NCBI GenBank assembly: GCA_039809245.1
Contig: JBDHUP010000001.1
Location: 30,934 to 94,933, forward strand
Length of the DNA stretch: 64,000 nt
Source of the DNA: Minisyncoccia bacterium
Lineage (GTDB): Bacteria; Patescibacteriota; Minisyncoccia; Phycocordibacterales; UBA9973
Reading direction: 5' to 3'
Positions 10,201 to 19,501 of the stretch are shown here, piece by piece. Within the stretch, counting starts at the first letter, position 1. The number at the start of each line of letters is the position of its first letter. Below the pieces are notes generated by a model that worked only from the letters and a program-made list of their open reading frames with translations, did not search any database and was not told the origin of the DNA. The position numbers and the translations under genes are program-made.

Positions 10201-10659
10201 AATTTTAAGATTTGAAATATGCTGATTACCATTAGTTCCTTCAGCGTTTGAAGTAAGCTCTATCATGGCTGTCCAATCACTACTAAGATTACTTTTCAAT
10301 ATAGAATTATTCCCATTTCCTTCAATGCTGACACCTGTATGCAATAGACAAGCTTCAGATTCTATATATGTACCAGCATTAACATGTATAATATCTCCTG
10401 AACCAGAGACTGAATTACAAGCTTTTGCAAGAGTCTTCCATGGAGAAGATTGAGCCCCAGAGTTAGAATCATTACCAGCAGTATCTACATAATATGTATT
10501 TCCGGCAGCAAAAGTGTGACTTGAAGATATCACAATTCCAACACTAAATATGAATGCTACTATTAATACAATATAGTGTACTGTATTCTTATTGGCTGTC
10601 TGGTGCCATTTATAATACCATGCTAAGTTGCTCTCTAATCTTTTATGTAGCTTTTCCAT
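7237..10659 (-). CDS. Large surface protein: TM, parallel beta-helix, Ig-like, PKD, two Ig-like domains, C-terminal SPRY
   Basis: YYVDTAGNDSNSG..PWKTL, Asn-rich beta-helix, APDIGYLE, DTTPPTVVSVTP, PPVANAGADQTITLP, 2x WNTTTVSNG..LTAKAYDAAGN, TWNPSDK..LSNGNL..GKWYWEV..VIGVALDMD..ANFG. Confidence 0.85.
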   Translation of the reverse strand: MEKLHKRLESNLAWYYKWHQTANKNTVHYIVLIVAFIFSVGIVISSSHTFAAGNTYYVDTAGNDSNSGAQSSPWKTLAKACNSVSGSGDIIHVNAGTYIESEACLLHTGVSIEGNGNNSILKSNLSSDWTAMIELTSNAEGTNGNQHISNLKIDGQNLHTFWGIQVAGRSNVSIYNTTIQDFKDRGVLFGGRIDTGDGAPNIYATGNSFHDNIMTNSARYVNNQYGAGALNIGGQDGMLIYNNTITQDSRPQGQNGWPIKYWNDGYLKGVKIYNNTLNKIMNGAPEGNNNWDFAIELFNVQGLEIYNNTMNGGGIDLNYQDKGSYAFSTWIHHNLIQMPYINNYIQTAVTLEFQTDTAIVEDNVFDKITTGVLYTPRDNSVIKNNIIRRNLIKNIGMGEGTGFFINFGGDGHTNVTYNGLSVYNNTMIMSPSNQTWWGIQLPSIDSGSISNVNIKNNIINGAMGAPITQYSSVGITNLNISNNDMYGNGNDNAPLLANAPAPVNYTYANNLININPAFANTSTYSLSASSPLIDSGINVGLPFSGSAPDIGYLETGSTPPPSDTTPPTVVSVTPTNNSTGVPVTIKPVVTFSEPLNSSTVTTSSVQIKQGSNIISSTSTYSNNKITITPLSSLSAGVTYSVTLTTAITDIAGNHLASNYTYNFTTLISSNLPPVANAGADQTITLPTNSASLSGSLSSDPENGPLTYLWTKISGGSGSMTTPNNVGTGVTGLSQGSYTFQLKVTDNGGLFATDTVTITVNNGPDTTSPLVLITNPTNGQTISQNKVIIVNVSDNIGVDHVDFYRNPTTGNPVLLGSGNPASNYSYSWNTTTVSNGIHLLTAKAYDAAGNSTISTPVSVIVSNTVSPGPDTIPPVVAITSPSSGQTLSSVVTLAASATDNIGVTKVNFYKNNTLIDTDTTAPWAITWNTTTVSNGAYSLTAKAYDAAGNIGNASAVSATVHNGVVLPSKVTYTTWNPSDKGSKVSLSNGNLTASWNRGIGVVRSKIGKSSGKWYWEVKLDKSGDQFVGVATSSANLNRILGEDSSGWSMVMDDGVKFHVGNQGYYGTEGHNGDVIGVALDMDSKTISFYKNCSSLGTAFTGLSGTIYPAWGSQYQDSDGTANFGARPFMCSVPSGFNSGLY
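7823..8183. repeat. Identical 23-bp and 25-bp patches repeated 297 bp apart in tandem Ig domains
   Basis: GCCGCATCGTATGCTTTAGCGGT at 7823 and 8120; TTAGAAACGGTTGTAGTATTCCAAG at 7862 and 8159. Confidence 0.9.
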
Positions 10660-10792
10660 ATGTTTATATAAATCTATATTTATTATTATAAGCTAATTAT
10701 ACCAATATAGAGTGGTATGTCTATAAGAATTGTGTATAACTAATAAGCTGATAAAATTTGCATTATTTAAAATAATATAGTAATATTGCCTA

Positions 10793-11026
10793 ATGACGAT
10801 TATTGCTACTATATTACCGTATATACAGATTATACTGTCTATTATTTTGATTGTTGCTATCCTATTACAGCAATCAGATACAGGCGCAGGAGGTGTTTTT
10901 GGGGGTGGAGATGGAGGTGGCTTATACCACACACGTCGAGGCTTCGAAAAGTTCCTATTTATTACAACAATTGTTGTTGGAATACTTTTTGCTGTATCAG
11001 CCTTTATTGCAATACTCGTTAAGTAA
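10793..11026 (+). CDS. secG: Preprotein translocase subunit SecG
   Basis: Two TM helices around ILLQQSDTGAGGVFGGG..YHTRRGFEKFL. Confidence 0.92.
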   Translation: MTIIATILPYIQIILSIILIVAILLQQSDTGAGGVFGGGDGGGLYHTRRGFEKFLFITTIVVGILFAVSAFIAILVK

Positions 11027-11086
11027 GAGGTTTACTCCACTAAAATAACAACTAATAAAAGAGAATTTCTCTAAAAAGTGCATTGT

Positions 11087-12886
11087 ATGCATAATTTCCT
11101 TAAATTTATAAAAGAATTTCGTATCCCTAAAAAAGATGAGCTTCGTGTTGCAATAGCATCATATGATAAAAAGAAGTTTTTAATTTTAGTTACAATTATT
11201 ATTGTAGCTTTTATTGCTGTGCTATCTATTTTAGATAAAATAAACTCCCAATTTGTAGTTACAGTCCCAGAAGATGGTGGCTCTATAACAGAAGGAATCA
11301 TTGGTGTTCCAACATTAATAAACCCAGTACTTGCAATATCAGATGCCGATAAAGATATATCTGCTCTTATATACTCAGGCTTAATGCGAAAAGATTCAAA
11401 TGGAGAACTTATTCCAGATTTAGCTGAATCATACACAGTATCACCAGACGGAATGACTTATACTTTTACATTGAAAAACAATCTAAAATTTCACGATGGA
11501 GAACCTCTAAATGCAGATGATGTTGTTTTCACAATTGAGAAAATAAAAGATCCATTAATAAAGAGTCCTCGTAAAGTGGGATGGGACGGGGTAGAAATAG
11601 AAAAGAAAAGTAGTAACACTGTCGTATTTACTCTTAAACAACCTTACATATCATTCTTAGATAATACCACTATCGGTATACTTCCAATGCATGTTTGGAA
11701 AAATGTAACTGAAGCTGAGTTTAGTCTATCCCCTTTAAATATTAAAGCTGTCGGTGAAGGACCATATATGATTAATTCAGTTGTAAAAGACAAAGATAGT
11801 ATTCCAGAAAGGTATAATCTCAGAAGATTTAAAGATTACAAACTCGGAACGCCTCATATAAAAAATATAACGTTTATTTCTTTCGCTAATGAAAAAGATT
11901 TAATGAAAGATCTGGTTAGTCACTCAATAGATCAAGCAAGTGGTCTGTCCCCTGAAAATTCTGAAAATATAATAAAAGCTGGATACATTATAAAAACTGC
12001 AATATTACCAAGAATATTTGGGATTTTCTGGAATAGTGAACATAACAAAATATTTACAGATAAAGCAGTCGTAAATGCATTTGATAAAGCTATTGATAGA
12101 CAAGAAATAGTTGATGAGGTTTTAAATGGATATGGGGCTCCAATTCACAGTCCAATACCAGAAACAATACTTCCAAATGAATCTGATCCATCATTTAGTA
12201 AGTCTCGCATAGAAGAATCAAAAGATATATTAGAGAAAGCTGGTTGGACTATAGGCCCAGATGGTATAAGAGTAAAAGGTGGAACAAAAGTCGTAACTCA
12301 AACAAAAAAAGTAGGTAAGAAAACAATTACTCAAAATGTAACAGTTAGTACTGGTCAGACAACAAAACTAGTCCTATCTATAACAACAGGAAATACTCCT
12401 GAGCTAAAAAAAGCTGCTATGTTGATAAAAGAACAATTAGAGAGTATAGGAGCTTCAGTTGATATAAAATCATACGAAACAGGTCCACTCAATCAGTTAA
12501 TTAGAAGTCGCGATTATGAAGCATTGTTCTTCGGCCAGATAATTAATCATGAGTCAGATTTATTCTCCTTCTGGCATTCATCACAGAAAAATGATCCTGG
12601 GTTAAACATTGCCTTATACAGTAATAAAAATGTAGATTCAATACTAGAAAGTGTTCAAAAAATTAATGACGTTGAGACTCGCTACAAAAAATACAGCGAC
12701 TTATCATTAGAATTCAACAAAGATCTTCCAGCTATATTAATCTACTCACCTAAATACCTATACGCAATTTCATCAAAGATACATAATCTTTCATTTGAAG
12801 CAATAACCGTGCCTTCAGACCGTTTTGTGTCAGCCTATAAATGGTATACCAACGAAGATAAGGTATGGAAAATCTTTACTAAATAA
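11087..12886 (+). CDS. ABC transporter peptide-binding protein (SBP family 5), TM-anchored
   Basis: LIYSGL, PDLAESYTVSPDG.TYTFTL, FHDGEPL.ADDVVFT, VGEGPY, AIDRQ. ATG 11087 preferred over GTG 11078. Confidence 0.9.
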   Translation: MHNFLKFIKEFRIPKKDELRVAIASYDKKKFLILVTIIIVAFIAVLSILDKINSQFVVTVPEDGGSITEGIIGVPTLINPVLAISDADKDISALIYSGLMRKDSNGELIPDLAESYTVSPDGMTYTFTLKNNLKFHDGEPLNADDVVFTIEKIKDPLIKSPRKVGWDGVEIEKKSSNTVVFTLKQPYISFLDNTTIGILPMHVWKNVTEAEFSLSPLNIKAVGEGPYMINSVVKDKDSIPERYNLRRFKDYKLGTPHIKNITFISFANEKDLMKDLVSHSIDQASGLSPENSENIIKAGYIIKTAILPRIFGIFWNSEHNKIFTDKAVVNAFDKAIDRQEIVDEVLNGYGAPIHSPIPETILPNESDPSFSKSRIEESKDILEKAGWTIGPDGIRVKGGTKVVTQTKKVGKKTITQNVTVSTGQTTKLVLSITTGNTPELKKAAMLIKEQLESIGASVDIKSYETGPLNQLIRSRDYEALFFGQIINHESDLFSFWHSSQKNDPGLNIALYSNKNVDSILESVQKINDVETRYKKYSDLSLEFNKDLPAILIYSPKYLYAISSKIHNLSFEAITVPSDRFVSAYKWYTNEDKVWKIFTK

Positions 12887-12903
12887 ATATAAATTAAATA
12901 ATT

Positions 12904-14871
12904 ATGAACGAAACACCTAACGCACCACATAACCCACAAAACAGAAACCCTAAGAGTACTCATCATTTCAAAACACATAAAACAAATGTGCGAACTTTGC
13001 ATAAGAATACAAACACTACACACAAGAGTCCACATCCAACCCATAAACAAACGGGTCATGGTAAACCAGTAAGTAGAAGTAGTTACCAATATGGTAATAC
13101 AAAAGGAGGTAGACGCCCTCGTGCTATGGCACAAGATGCGAATGAAAAACCAGCGCCATTAAAAAAGAAGACCACTTCTATCCCTCCTGTAGCTCCTGGA
13201 GTTATCCGTATAATACCTCTAGGTGGTGTTGAAGAAATTGGAAAGAACATGACAGCTATAGAGATTGGTAATGACATTATAGTTATAGATGCTGGTATGC
13301 AATTTAAGACAGAAGATACACCAGGAATTGATTACATAATTCCTAACACAACTTATCTAGAAGAGAGAAAAGAAAAGATTAGAGGTATGTTTGTAACTCA
13401 TGGACACTTAGATCACATAGGTGGTATTCCACTTGTTATGAGTCGTATAGGGAACCCTCCACTTTACTCTAGAAACCTTTCTATTCTTCTTATGAAAAAA
13501 CGCCAAGAAGAGTTCTCTCACCTGCCGGCACTAAACTGTCAGATAGTTGAGAAGGATTCAGTGATAACAGTTGGAGATATGCGCATAAGATTCTTCGGAG
13601 TAACTCATACAGTCCCAGATTCAATGGGTATAATAGTAGAAACTCCATACGGACTAATCGTTACTCCAGGTGACTATAAACTTGATCAAATTGATGGAGT
13701 CGTATCAGATGAAGAAGAGAAGGAATACGCCTTCTTTGACAAAGAAAAAGTATTACTACTTCTGACTGATTCAACAAACATAGAAAATGAAGGCTTCTCT
13801 CTTCCTGAATCAAAAGTAAATGAAGGACTGGGTAAGCTTATACGTACCTGCAGTGGCCGTATCATTATCGCTGCGTTTGCTTCACACATAACCCGCCTAG
13901 TTAAGATCGTTGAAACTGCTGAAGCATTAGGCAAAAAAGTAGTGCTTGATGGTAGATCACTAAAAACAAACATGGAAGTCTGTGAGCAAGCCGGCTTATT
14001 TAAACCCAAGAAAGGAACTATCATTCCAGTAGAAGAAGCTGATAGTTATCCTCCAAATAAAGTTATAGTCCTTATGACTGGTGCTCAAGGAGAAGAGTTT
14101 GCTTCACTTAACCGCGCCGCAAACAAAACTCATAAGAAGTTTACTATCCGGGCCGGAGACACAATTATACTTTCAGCCTCTATTGTCCCTGGCAATGAAA
14201 TATCAGTTCAACATTTAAAAGACAATCTAGCTCGCCATGGAGTAAAGATTATAAGTTATAGAACCTCTGAAGAAACCATTCATGCTACAGGTCACGGAAA
14301 CCAAGAAGATGTGAAGTGGCTTCATAGGAAGACTCACCCAAAATTCTTTATACCTATACACGGATGGCACTCAATGCTCGTAAAGCATAAAGAGGTAGCT
14401 ATGTCACTCGGGATGTCTGAAGAGAATATCGTTGTGCCAGATAATGGATCTATAATTGAAATCACAGATGAAGGGACAAAAATAGGAGTAAGGAAAGAAA
14501 AAGCTCCATCAAATCCTATGATGGTAGATGGATTCTCAATTGGCGATGAACAAGAAGTTGTCATTAGAGACCGTCAGATGCTTGCCCAAGATGGTATGTT
14601 CGTCCTTATTGCAACCATCGACTCTACAACGGGTAAACTACGTAAGTCCCCTGATATAATTTCACGTGGTTTTATCTATCTAAAAGAAAATCAGGAATTA
14701 CTACATCAAGTCAGATTGATTATAAAGAAGAGTATAGAAGACGGAACTAGAGGAATGAACCCTATTAATTTTGATTTAATTAAAACTTCGCTTGGAGATA
14801 ATATTTCTAAATTCCTTTTCCAGAAGACTGCTAAGCGTCCACTTGTAATACCTGTACTACTAAGTGTCTAA
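12904..14871 (+). CDS. rnj: Ribonuclease J
   Basis: IIPLGGVEEIGKNMT, THGHLDHIGG, DSTN, FASH, TGAQGE, HATGH, PIHG, ISRGF. Confidence 0.95.
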   Translation: MNETPNAPHNPQNRNPKSTHHFKTHKTNVRTLHKNTNTTHKSPHPTHKQTGHGKPVSRSSYQYGNTKGGRRPRAMAQDANEKPAPLKKKTTSIPPVAPGVIRIIPLGGVEEIGKNMTAIEIGNDIIVIDAGMQFKTEDTPGIDYIIPNTTYLEERKEKIRGMFVTHGHLDHIGGIPLVMSRIGNPPLYSRNLSILLMKKRQEEFSHLPALNCQIVEKDSVITVGDMRIRFFGVTHTVPDSMGIIVETPYGLIVTPGDYKLDQIDGVVSDEEEKEYAFFDKEKVLLLLTDSTNIENEGFSLPESKVNEGLGKLIRTCSGRIIIAAFASHITRLVKIVETAEALGKKVVLDGRSLKTNMEVCEQAGLFKPKKGTIIPVEEADSYPPNKVIVLMTGAQGEEFASLNRAANKTHKKFTIRAGDTIILSASIVPGNEISVQHLKDNLARHGVKIISYRTSEETIHATGHGNQEDVKWLHRKTHPKFFIPIHGWHSMLVKHKEVAMSLGMSEENIVVPDNGSIIEITDEGTKIGVRKEKAPSNPMMVDGFSIGDEQEVVIRDRQMLAQDGMFVLIATIDSTTGKLRKSPDIISRGFIYLKENQELLHQVRLIIKKSIEDGTRGMNPINFDLIKTSLGDNISKFLFQKTAKRPLVIPVLLSV

Positions 14872-14877
14872 AACTAT

Positions 14878-16062
14878 ATGAAATTAAGTAAAATTAACAG
14901 AATGTACTTATTGTCATTTATATTTACTTTGCACATATCATTATCTGCATATGTTAATTCTACTTTTCTAATAAAATTCTTCTCAGAAAAATATGTAGGA
15001 GTTTTCTATACTGTAGCATCTGTAATAACTCTTATCCTACTATCAAATAGTTCAACTATACTTAAAAACCTAGGTAATCGTAGATTTGTTCTATGGTTAC
15101 TTATTATAAATGCATTTTCTCTGATGGGTATAATAACTATTACAAACCCTTACATAGTTGGACTCTCATTTATAGCTTTATTCTCAACAAACACTCTCGT
15201 ATTCTTCTGTATAGACATATTCATCGAACATTTCGGCAATCCTACAACTATAGGTAGAAATCGTAGCTTATATCTAACAGTTATAAATATAGCTTGGCTC
15301 ATTTCCCCTCTTATAACAGCTGTATTAGTTAGTAATAAAGAAGGTTACTTAACTATATATATCATAGCTTTGATTGCCTGCCTTATAACAATAGTTGGAC
15401 TTGCTTCTTCTGTAAGAGAGTTTGAGGATAAAAAATATGTAAAAACCCCTTTCCTAAAAGCTTATCGTTATCTAAAAACCAACAGACACATGCTATCAAT
15501 TACAATTATTGATTTCTTATTACAGTTCTTCTATGTATGGATGGTCATTTACGTACCTATATATTTACATTCGCATATTGGATTTGGGTGGGATAAACTC
15601 GGAGTCATATTTACTATAATGCTTCTACCTTTTGTGCTTTTCGAATTCCCTGTTGGTGTTCTTATAGATAAATATCATATAAGCAAAAGATCTCTCCTAT
15701 ATTTAGGATTTACAACAATTGCACTTGCAATACTAGCTATAGCATTCATAACTACAAAAAATATAGCTGTGTGGGCATTGATACTATTTATGACTCGTAC
15801 AGGAGCAAGTATCGTTGAATCAACAGCAGAAATTTACTTCTTTACACATGTCACAGAAGAAGATGCTTATCTACTCGGGATATTTAGAGATATGTCACCA
15901 GTAGCCTACATAGTAGCTCCACTTGTAGCTACAGCGGTATTTGCTTTCCTTCCTTTTAATTATTTATTTATTGTACTTGCAATAATCCTACTAACTGCCT
16001 TTTATTATATTCGTCTTTTAAAACACAATCATGGACCTACAGTACCCTATCAGAATCAATAG
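14878..16062 (+). CDS. MFS transporter
   Basis: About 12 hydrophobic segments in two halves; PVGVLIDKY..KR motif. Confidence 0.75.
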   Translation: MKLSKINRMYLLSFIFTLHISLSAYVNSTFLIKFFSEKYVGVFYTVASVITLILLSNSSTILKNLGNRRFVLWLLIINAFSLMGIITITNPYIVGLSFIALFSTNTLVFFCIDIFIEHFGNPTTIGRNRSLYLTVINIAWLISPLITAVLVSNKEGYLTIYIIALIACLITIVGLASSVREFEDKKYVKTPFLKAYRYLKTNRHMLSITIIDFLLQFFYVWMVIYVPIYLHSHIGFGWDKLGVIFTIMLLPFVLFEFPVGVLIDKYHISKRSLLYLGFTTIALAILAIAFITTKNIAVWALILFMTRTGASIVESTAEIYFFTHVTEEDAYLLGIFRDMSPVAYIVAPLVATAVFAFLPFNYLFIVLAIILLTAFYYIRLLKHNHGPTVPYQNQ

Positions 16063-16735
16063 ATATCTTGCTCTGCACAACTTCGCCACTCGAACTGGCG
16101 CGGATGAACTTATCAAAAAAGGATATGTTCTTATAAATGGACGCAAGGCAGTACTTGGCGACCAAGTTAATAAAGGTGACAAAGTAGAGGTTAGTAATAA
16201 AAAACCTAAAGATAACTATGTATACTATGCATACAATAAAGCCATGGGTATTTCAACAAACCCAGATGAAGGTAGTAAAGATATATTGAAAGTTACAAAG
16301 TTCCCAGTGAAAGTCTTCCCTGTTGGTAGACTAGATAAAGACTCACATGGATTAATAATAATGACTAATGATGGCCGTGTGACAGATAGACTCCTATCCC
16401 CTAAATATGTCCATGAAAAAGAGTATGTTGTGAAAGTTGAACCAGCTTTTTCTGACAAGTTTTTAGAGCTTATGGGTAATGGTGTAAAATTTGATGGGTT
16501 TGTCAGTAAGAAATGTAAAGTGTGGAGAAAGAGTAAAAATGTTTTCCATATAATCCTCACTGAGGGTAAGAAGCGTCAGATCCGCCGTATGTGCGAAGCT
16601 CTACACCATAAGGTTATAGACTTAAGACGTATCCGCATAATGAATATAGAACTAGATAAGATCCCTTTCGGTGGATTCGTAGAAATCAGAGGCAAGGAAT
16701 TAGATGAACTACTTAAATCTCTTAAATTAAGATAG
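16031..16735 (+). CDS. rRNA pseudouridine synthase (RsuA/RluB/RluF family)
   Basis: S4 domain (RINRYLA..R..ADELI), FPVGRLDKDSHGL, HEKEYVV, LTEGKKRQIRRM. Confidence 0.92.
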   Translation: MDLQYPIRINRYLALHNFATRTGADELIKKGYVLINGRKAVLGDQVNKGDKVEVSNKKPKDNYVYYAYNKAMGISTNPDEGSKDILKVTKFPVKVFPVGRLDKDSHGLIIMTNDGRVTDRLLSPKYVHEKEYVVKVEPAFSDKFLELMGNGVKFDGFVSKKCKVWRKSKNVFHIILTEGKKRQIRRMCEALHHKVIDLRRIRIMNIELDKIPFGGFVEIRGKELDELLKSLKLR

Positions 16736-16747
16736 AATAAACTTGTA

Positions 16748-17338
16748 ATGAAAATTAAAACAATTATTAGTACATTCTCGATTTTATTAATATTCATTGG
16801 TTATGCTCCTTATGTGTTTAATATTTTAAAAGGTAGAACAAGACCTCATGTATTCTCTTGGTTTATATGGGGTTTAACTACTGGAATTGTCTATGCTTTA
16901 CAAGTAAGCGCTGGTGCTGGAGTAGGTGCTTGGGTAACTTTATGTATAACACTCGTACTTATTTCTGTATTTTTCTTAAGTCTAAAAAATGGAAATAAAG
17001 ATATTAGGAAAATAGATATTGTGTTCTTTGTATCTGCGCTAATAGCTATACCAGTATGGCTTGTAGTTAAACAGCCAGTCATTTCAATAATATTACTTGC
17101 AACTATAGATATGATAGGATTTGCTCCTACAATTAGAAAATCTTGGAACGATCCATATTCTGAAACTTTATCACTCTATACTATTACGACTTTTAGGCAT
17201 GGTTTAACAATTTTTGCATTAGAAAAATTAAATTTTATAACTTTGTTATATCCGGTAATATGGGTTATCGCGAATGCAGCCTTTGCAATTATATTAATAA
17301 TTAGACGTAATAAGATATCAAAAAACCCTCTCAGTTGA
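16748..17338 (+). CDS. Conserved multi-pass membrane protein (PQ-loop-like duplication)
   Basis: About 7 TM; PY...I.KG.TRPH..SW and PTIRKSW..P.SE repeats. Confidence 0.65.
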   Translation: MKIKTIISTFSILLIFIGYAPYVFNILKGRTRPHVFSWFIWGLTTGIVYALQVSAGAGVGAWVTLCITLVLISVFFLSLKNGNKDIRKIDIVFFVSALIAIPVWLVVKQPVISIILLATIDMIGFAPTIRKSWNDPYSETLSLYTITTFRHGLTIFALEKLNFITLLYPVIWVIANAAFAIILIIRRNKISKNPLS

Positions 17339-17349
17339 GAGGGTTTTTT
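17320..17349. terminator. Bidirectional intrinsic terminator
   Basis: AAAAAACCCTCTCA-GT-TGAGAGGGTTTTTT between convergent genes. Confidence 0.85.
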
Positions 17350-17550
17350 CTATTTTGCGATATAAGGTAGTAAGCCCATAAATCGAGCGCGTTTGATAGC
17401 AACAGCAAGCTTTCTTTGGTTCTTAGCAGTTACATCTGTACGCTTACGAGACTGCATACGAGCAGAAGGAGTAAGGAATCGCTTCAGCAACTCTGTATCC
17501 TTGTAGTCAATATGCTTTATATTGTTTGATGAGAAATAATCTTGTTTCAT
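17350..17550 (-). CDS. rpsR: 30S ribosomal protein bS18
   Basis: IDYKD..LL.RF....., QRKLA.AIKRARFMGLLPY. Confidence 0.97.
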   Translation of the reverse strand: MKQDYFSSNNIKHIDYKDTELLKRFLTPSARMQSRKRTDVTAKNQRKLAVAIKRARFMGLLPYIAK

Positions 17551-17573
17551 AATCTTTAGTTTAATTAATAATT

Positions 17574-18026
17574 TTAAAAAGGAATATCTTCAGCATTAAT
17601 CTGTTCATCTGGATACTCTATAGTATCTAGAGAATCATCTTCTTCAGAAGAAGCCGGACTTGAAGATTGAGCTTTTGGCGCACCTCCACCACTTCCTCCC
17701 CCAGTTCCAAACTGGACACGGTCTGCGATAACCTCTGTACGGTACTTCTTTGTGCCTGTACCTGCATCATCCCAGCTTCGTGTCTGCATTCGGCCTTCAA
17801 CCATAACCTGGCTACCCTTCTTCATATACTGAGCGACAGTTTCAGCTTGGCGACCAAAAACAACGATGTTATGATAATCAGCAGATTCTTGTTTTGCTCC
17901 ATTTTTGTCTTTCCAGACTCTATTAGTTGCAATTGAGAAACTACAAACTTTAATCCCTGATGGAAGAGCTTTTAGCTCTGGATCACGAGTTAAGTTACCT
18001 ATAAGTAATGCTTTGTTTAAATACAT
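17574..18026 (-). CDS. ssb: Single-stranded DNA-binding protein
   Basis: LNKALLIGNLTRDPE, VEGRMQTRSW, C-terminal EDIPF. Confidence 0.97.
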   Translation of the reverse strand: MYLNKALLIGNLTRDPELKALPSGIKVCSFSIATNRVWKDKNGAKQESADYHNIVVFGRQAETVAQYMKKGSQVMVEGRMQTRSWDDAGTGTKKYRTEVIADRVQFGTGGGSGGGAPKAQSSSPASSEEDDSLDTIEYPDEQINAEDIPF

Positions 18027-18055
18027 AATGTTTAATAGTTAGATTAGTAATAACT

Positions 18056-18541
18056 CTATTCTACTATAAGTGCATCAATTTCCTTGTCTATAACTTCTTC
18101 ATCGATAGGACCACTTTCTTCTTCACTCTTAGATGAGTGACGCTTAGCTGCATCATTCTTATAAGGACGCTTAACTGACATTGTATTCTCGCGAACAGTT
18201 TTGATCATAAGGTATCTGACTAGCTTTTCATTCTTGTCGAGTAAATCTTTGATAGACTTTGCTTGATCTGTTGTACACTCAAACTTTATCCATCCAAAGT
18301 AACCATATGAGAACTTCTGCTTTTTGTTTGCAATAGAACGAGACATTTCATATGCCAGTTCCATCATCTTTGGGTATTCATCAGAAATGAAAGCTACCCC
18401 TTGACCTGCAAACATGTCTTTAAATTCAGAAACCTCACCACCAAGATTCTCCTCAGCGATAGTTGGAACCATAATGTACCCAACTTCGTAAACATTCACC
18501 TTACCTTCTTTTTCTTCTACCTCTACTTCTTTTTTAGCCAT
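18056..18541 (-). CDS. rpsF: 30S ribosomal protein bS6
   Basis: YEVGYI..P, LAYEM, GYFGW, LVRYLMIK; rpsF-ssb-rpsR order. Start set at ATG 18541. Confidence 0.9.
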   Translation of the reverse strand: MAKKEVEVEEKEGKVNVYEVGYIMVPTIAEENLGGEVSEFKDMFAGQGVAFISDEYPKMMELAYEMSRSIANKKQKFSYGYFGWIKFECTTDQAKSIKDLLDKNEKLVRYLMIKTVRENTMSVKRPYKNDAAKRHSSKSEEESGPIDEEVIDKEIDALIVE

Positions 18542-18583
18542 TTTAAATGCGTAAAACACGCTTTGATTACTATTTATAATACT

Positions 18584-18634
18584 GTCTCACTATGGACCTG
18601 TGTGTACCAGTTATAAGACTGGGACAAGCGAGAC
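18584..18634 (-). promoter_or_regulatory. Structured rpsF 5' leader, possible S6:S18 autoregulatory RNA
   Basis: Minus strand GTCTCGCT/AGTGAGAC outer stem enclosing CCAGT-CTTATA-ACTGG, just downstream of a TAGTAT -10 box. Confidence 0.45.
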
Positions 18635-18660
18635 GTGGAAATATACTAACAAATATAAGC

Positions 18661-19500
18661 CTAAATGTCAAAAACGCGTTTAGCGTTCGCGATTATAGCT
18701 TCAGCCACTTCAGCCTCTGATAAACCCTTAATTTGAGCTATTTTTTTGACTACTTCGGATACATATATAGGTTCGTTACGCTTGCCTCTGTGAGGTGCTG
18801 GGGTCACGTACGGTGCATCTGTCTCGGACATTATCATGTCTAGTGGTGTCATCTTTATAACCTCATCATAGCTACTAGCAAATGTTATTACTCCGGTGAA
18901 AGAAAGAGTGAACCCGAAATCCAAGAAGCCTTGAGCATCATCTACGCTACCGGCAAAGAAGTGAACATCACCTTTTACTTTTGAATACTGCTTCAATATT
19001 TCAAGTGCGTCAGAATAAGCATTGCGACTTTTATCTTCTGGATTATTACGAATATGGAGCATCAAAGGCTTTCCTACTTCATTTGCTACTTCTATCTGCT
19101 CTATGAAAGCTTTCTTTTGTTTTTCTATTGATTCTTCTTCTAAGCGAAAGTAATCCAAGCCGCACTCACCAATACCGATAACTTTCTCATCTCTACAGAG
19201 TTCTATATATTTTTCTTTATCAAAAACTTCTCCTCGTGAAGTGAACTCTTTACCACCTTCCCCTAGCTCTTTCTCGTCGTGGTATGACGCTCCTGTGTGA
19301 ATCGGATGGAGACCTATGATTGCATATACTCCCTCTTCATACTGATGTGCTATCTCTACTGCTTTCCTAGAAGTATCTATCTGTGTACCCACATTTATAA
19401 CCCAAGTATCATTTTTAAGCGCACGCCCAATAACTTCATCTCGATCCTCGTCGAACGCCTTAAAATTCACATGCGAATGTATGTCTATGTATTTCGGCAT
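18661..19500 (-). CDS. tatD: TatD family hydrolase
   Basis: IDIHSH, GLHP, IGECGLDY, LHIR, HFF, SETDAPY..P..RGKRNEP. Confidence 0.93.
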   Translation of the reverse strand: MPKYIDIHSHVNFKAFDEDRDEVIGRALKNDTWVINVGTQIDTSRKAVEIAHQYEEGVYAIIGLHPIHTGASYHDEKELGEGGKEFTSRGEVFDKEKYIELCRDEKVIGIGECGLDYFRLEEESIEKQKKAFIEQIEVANEVGKPLMLHIRNNPEDKSRNAYSDALEILKQYSKVKGDVHFFAGSVDDAQGFLDFGFTLSFTGVITFASSYDEVIKMTPLDMIMSETDAPYVTPAPHRGKRNEPIYVSEVVKKIAQIKGLSEAEVAEAIIANAKRVFDI

Positions 19501-19501
19501 A

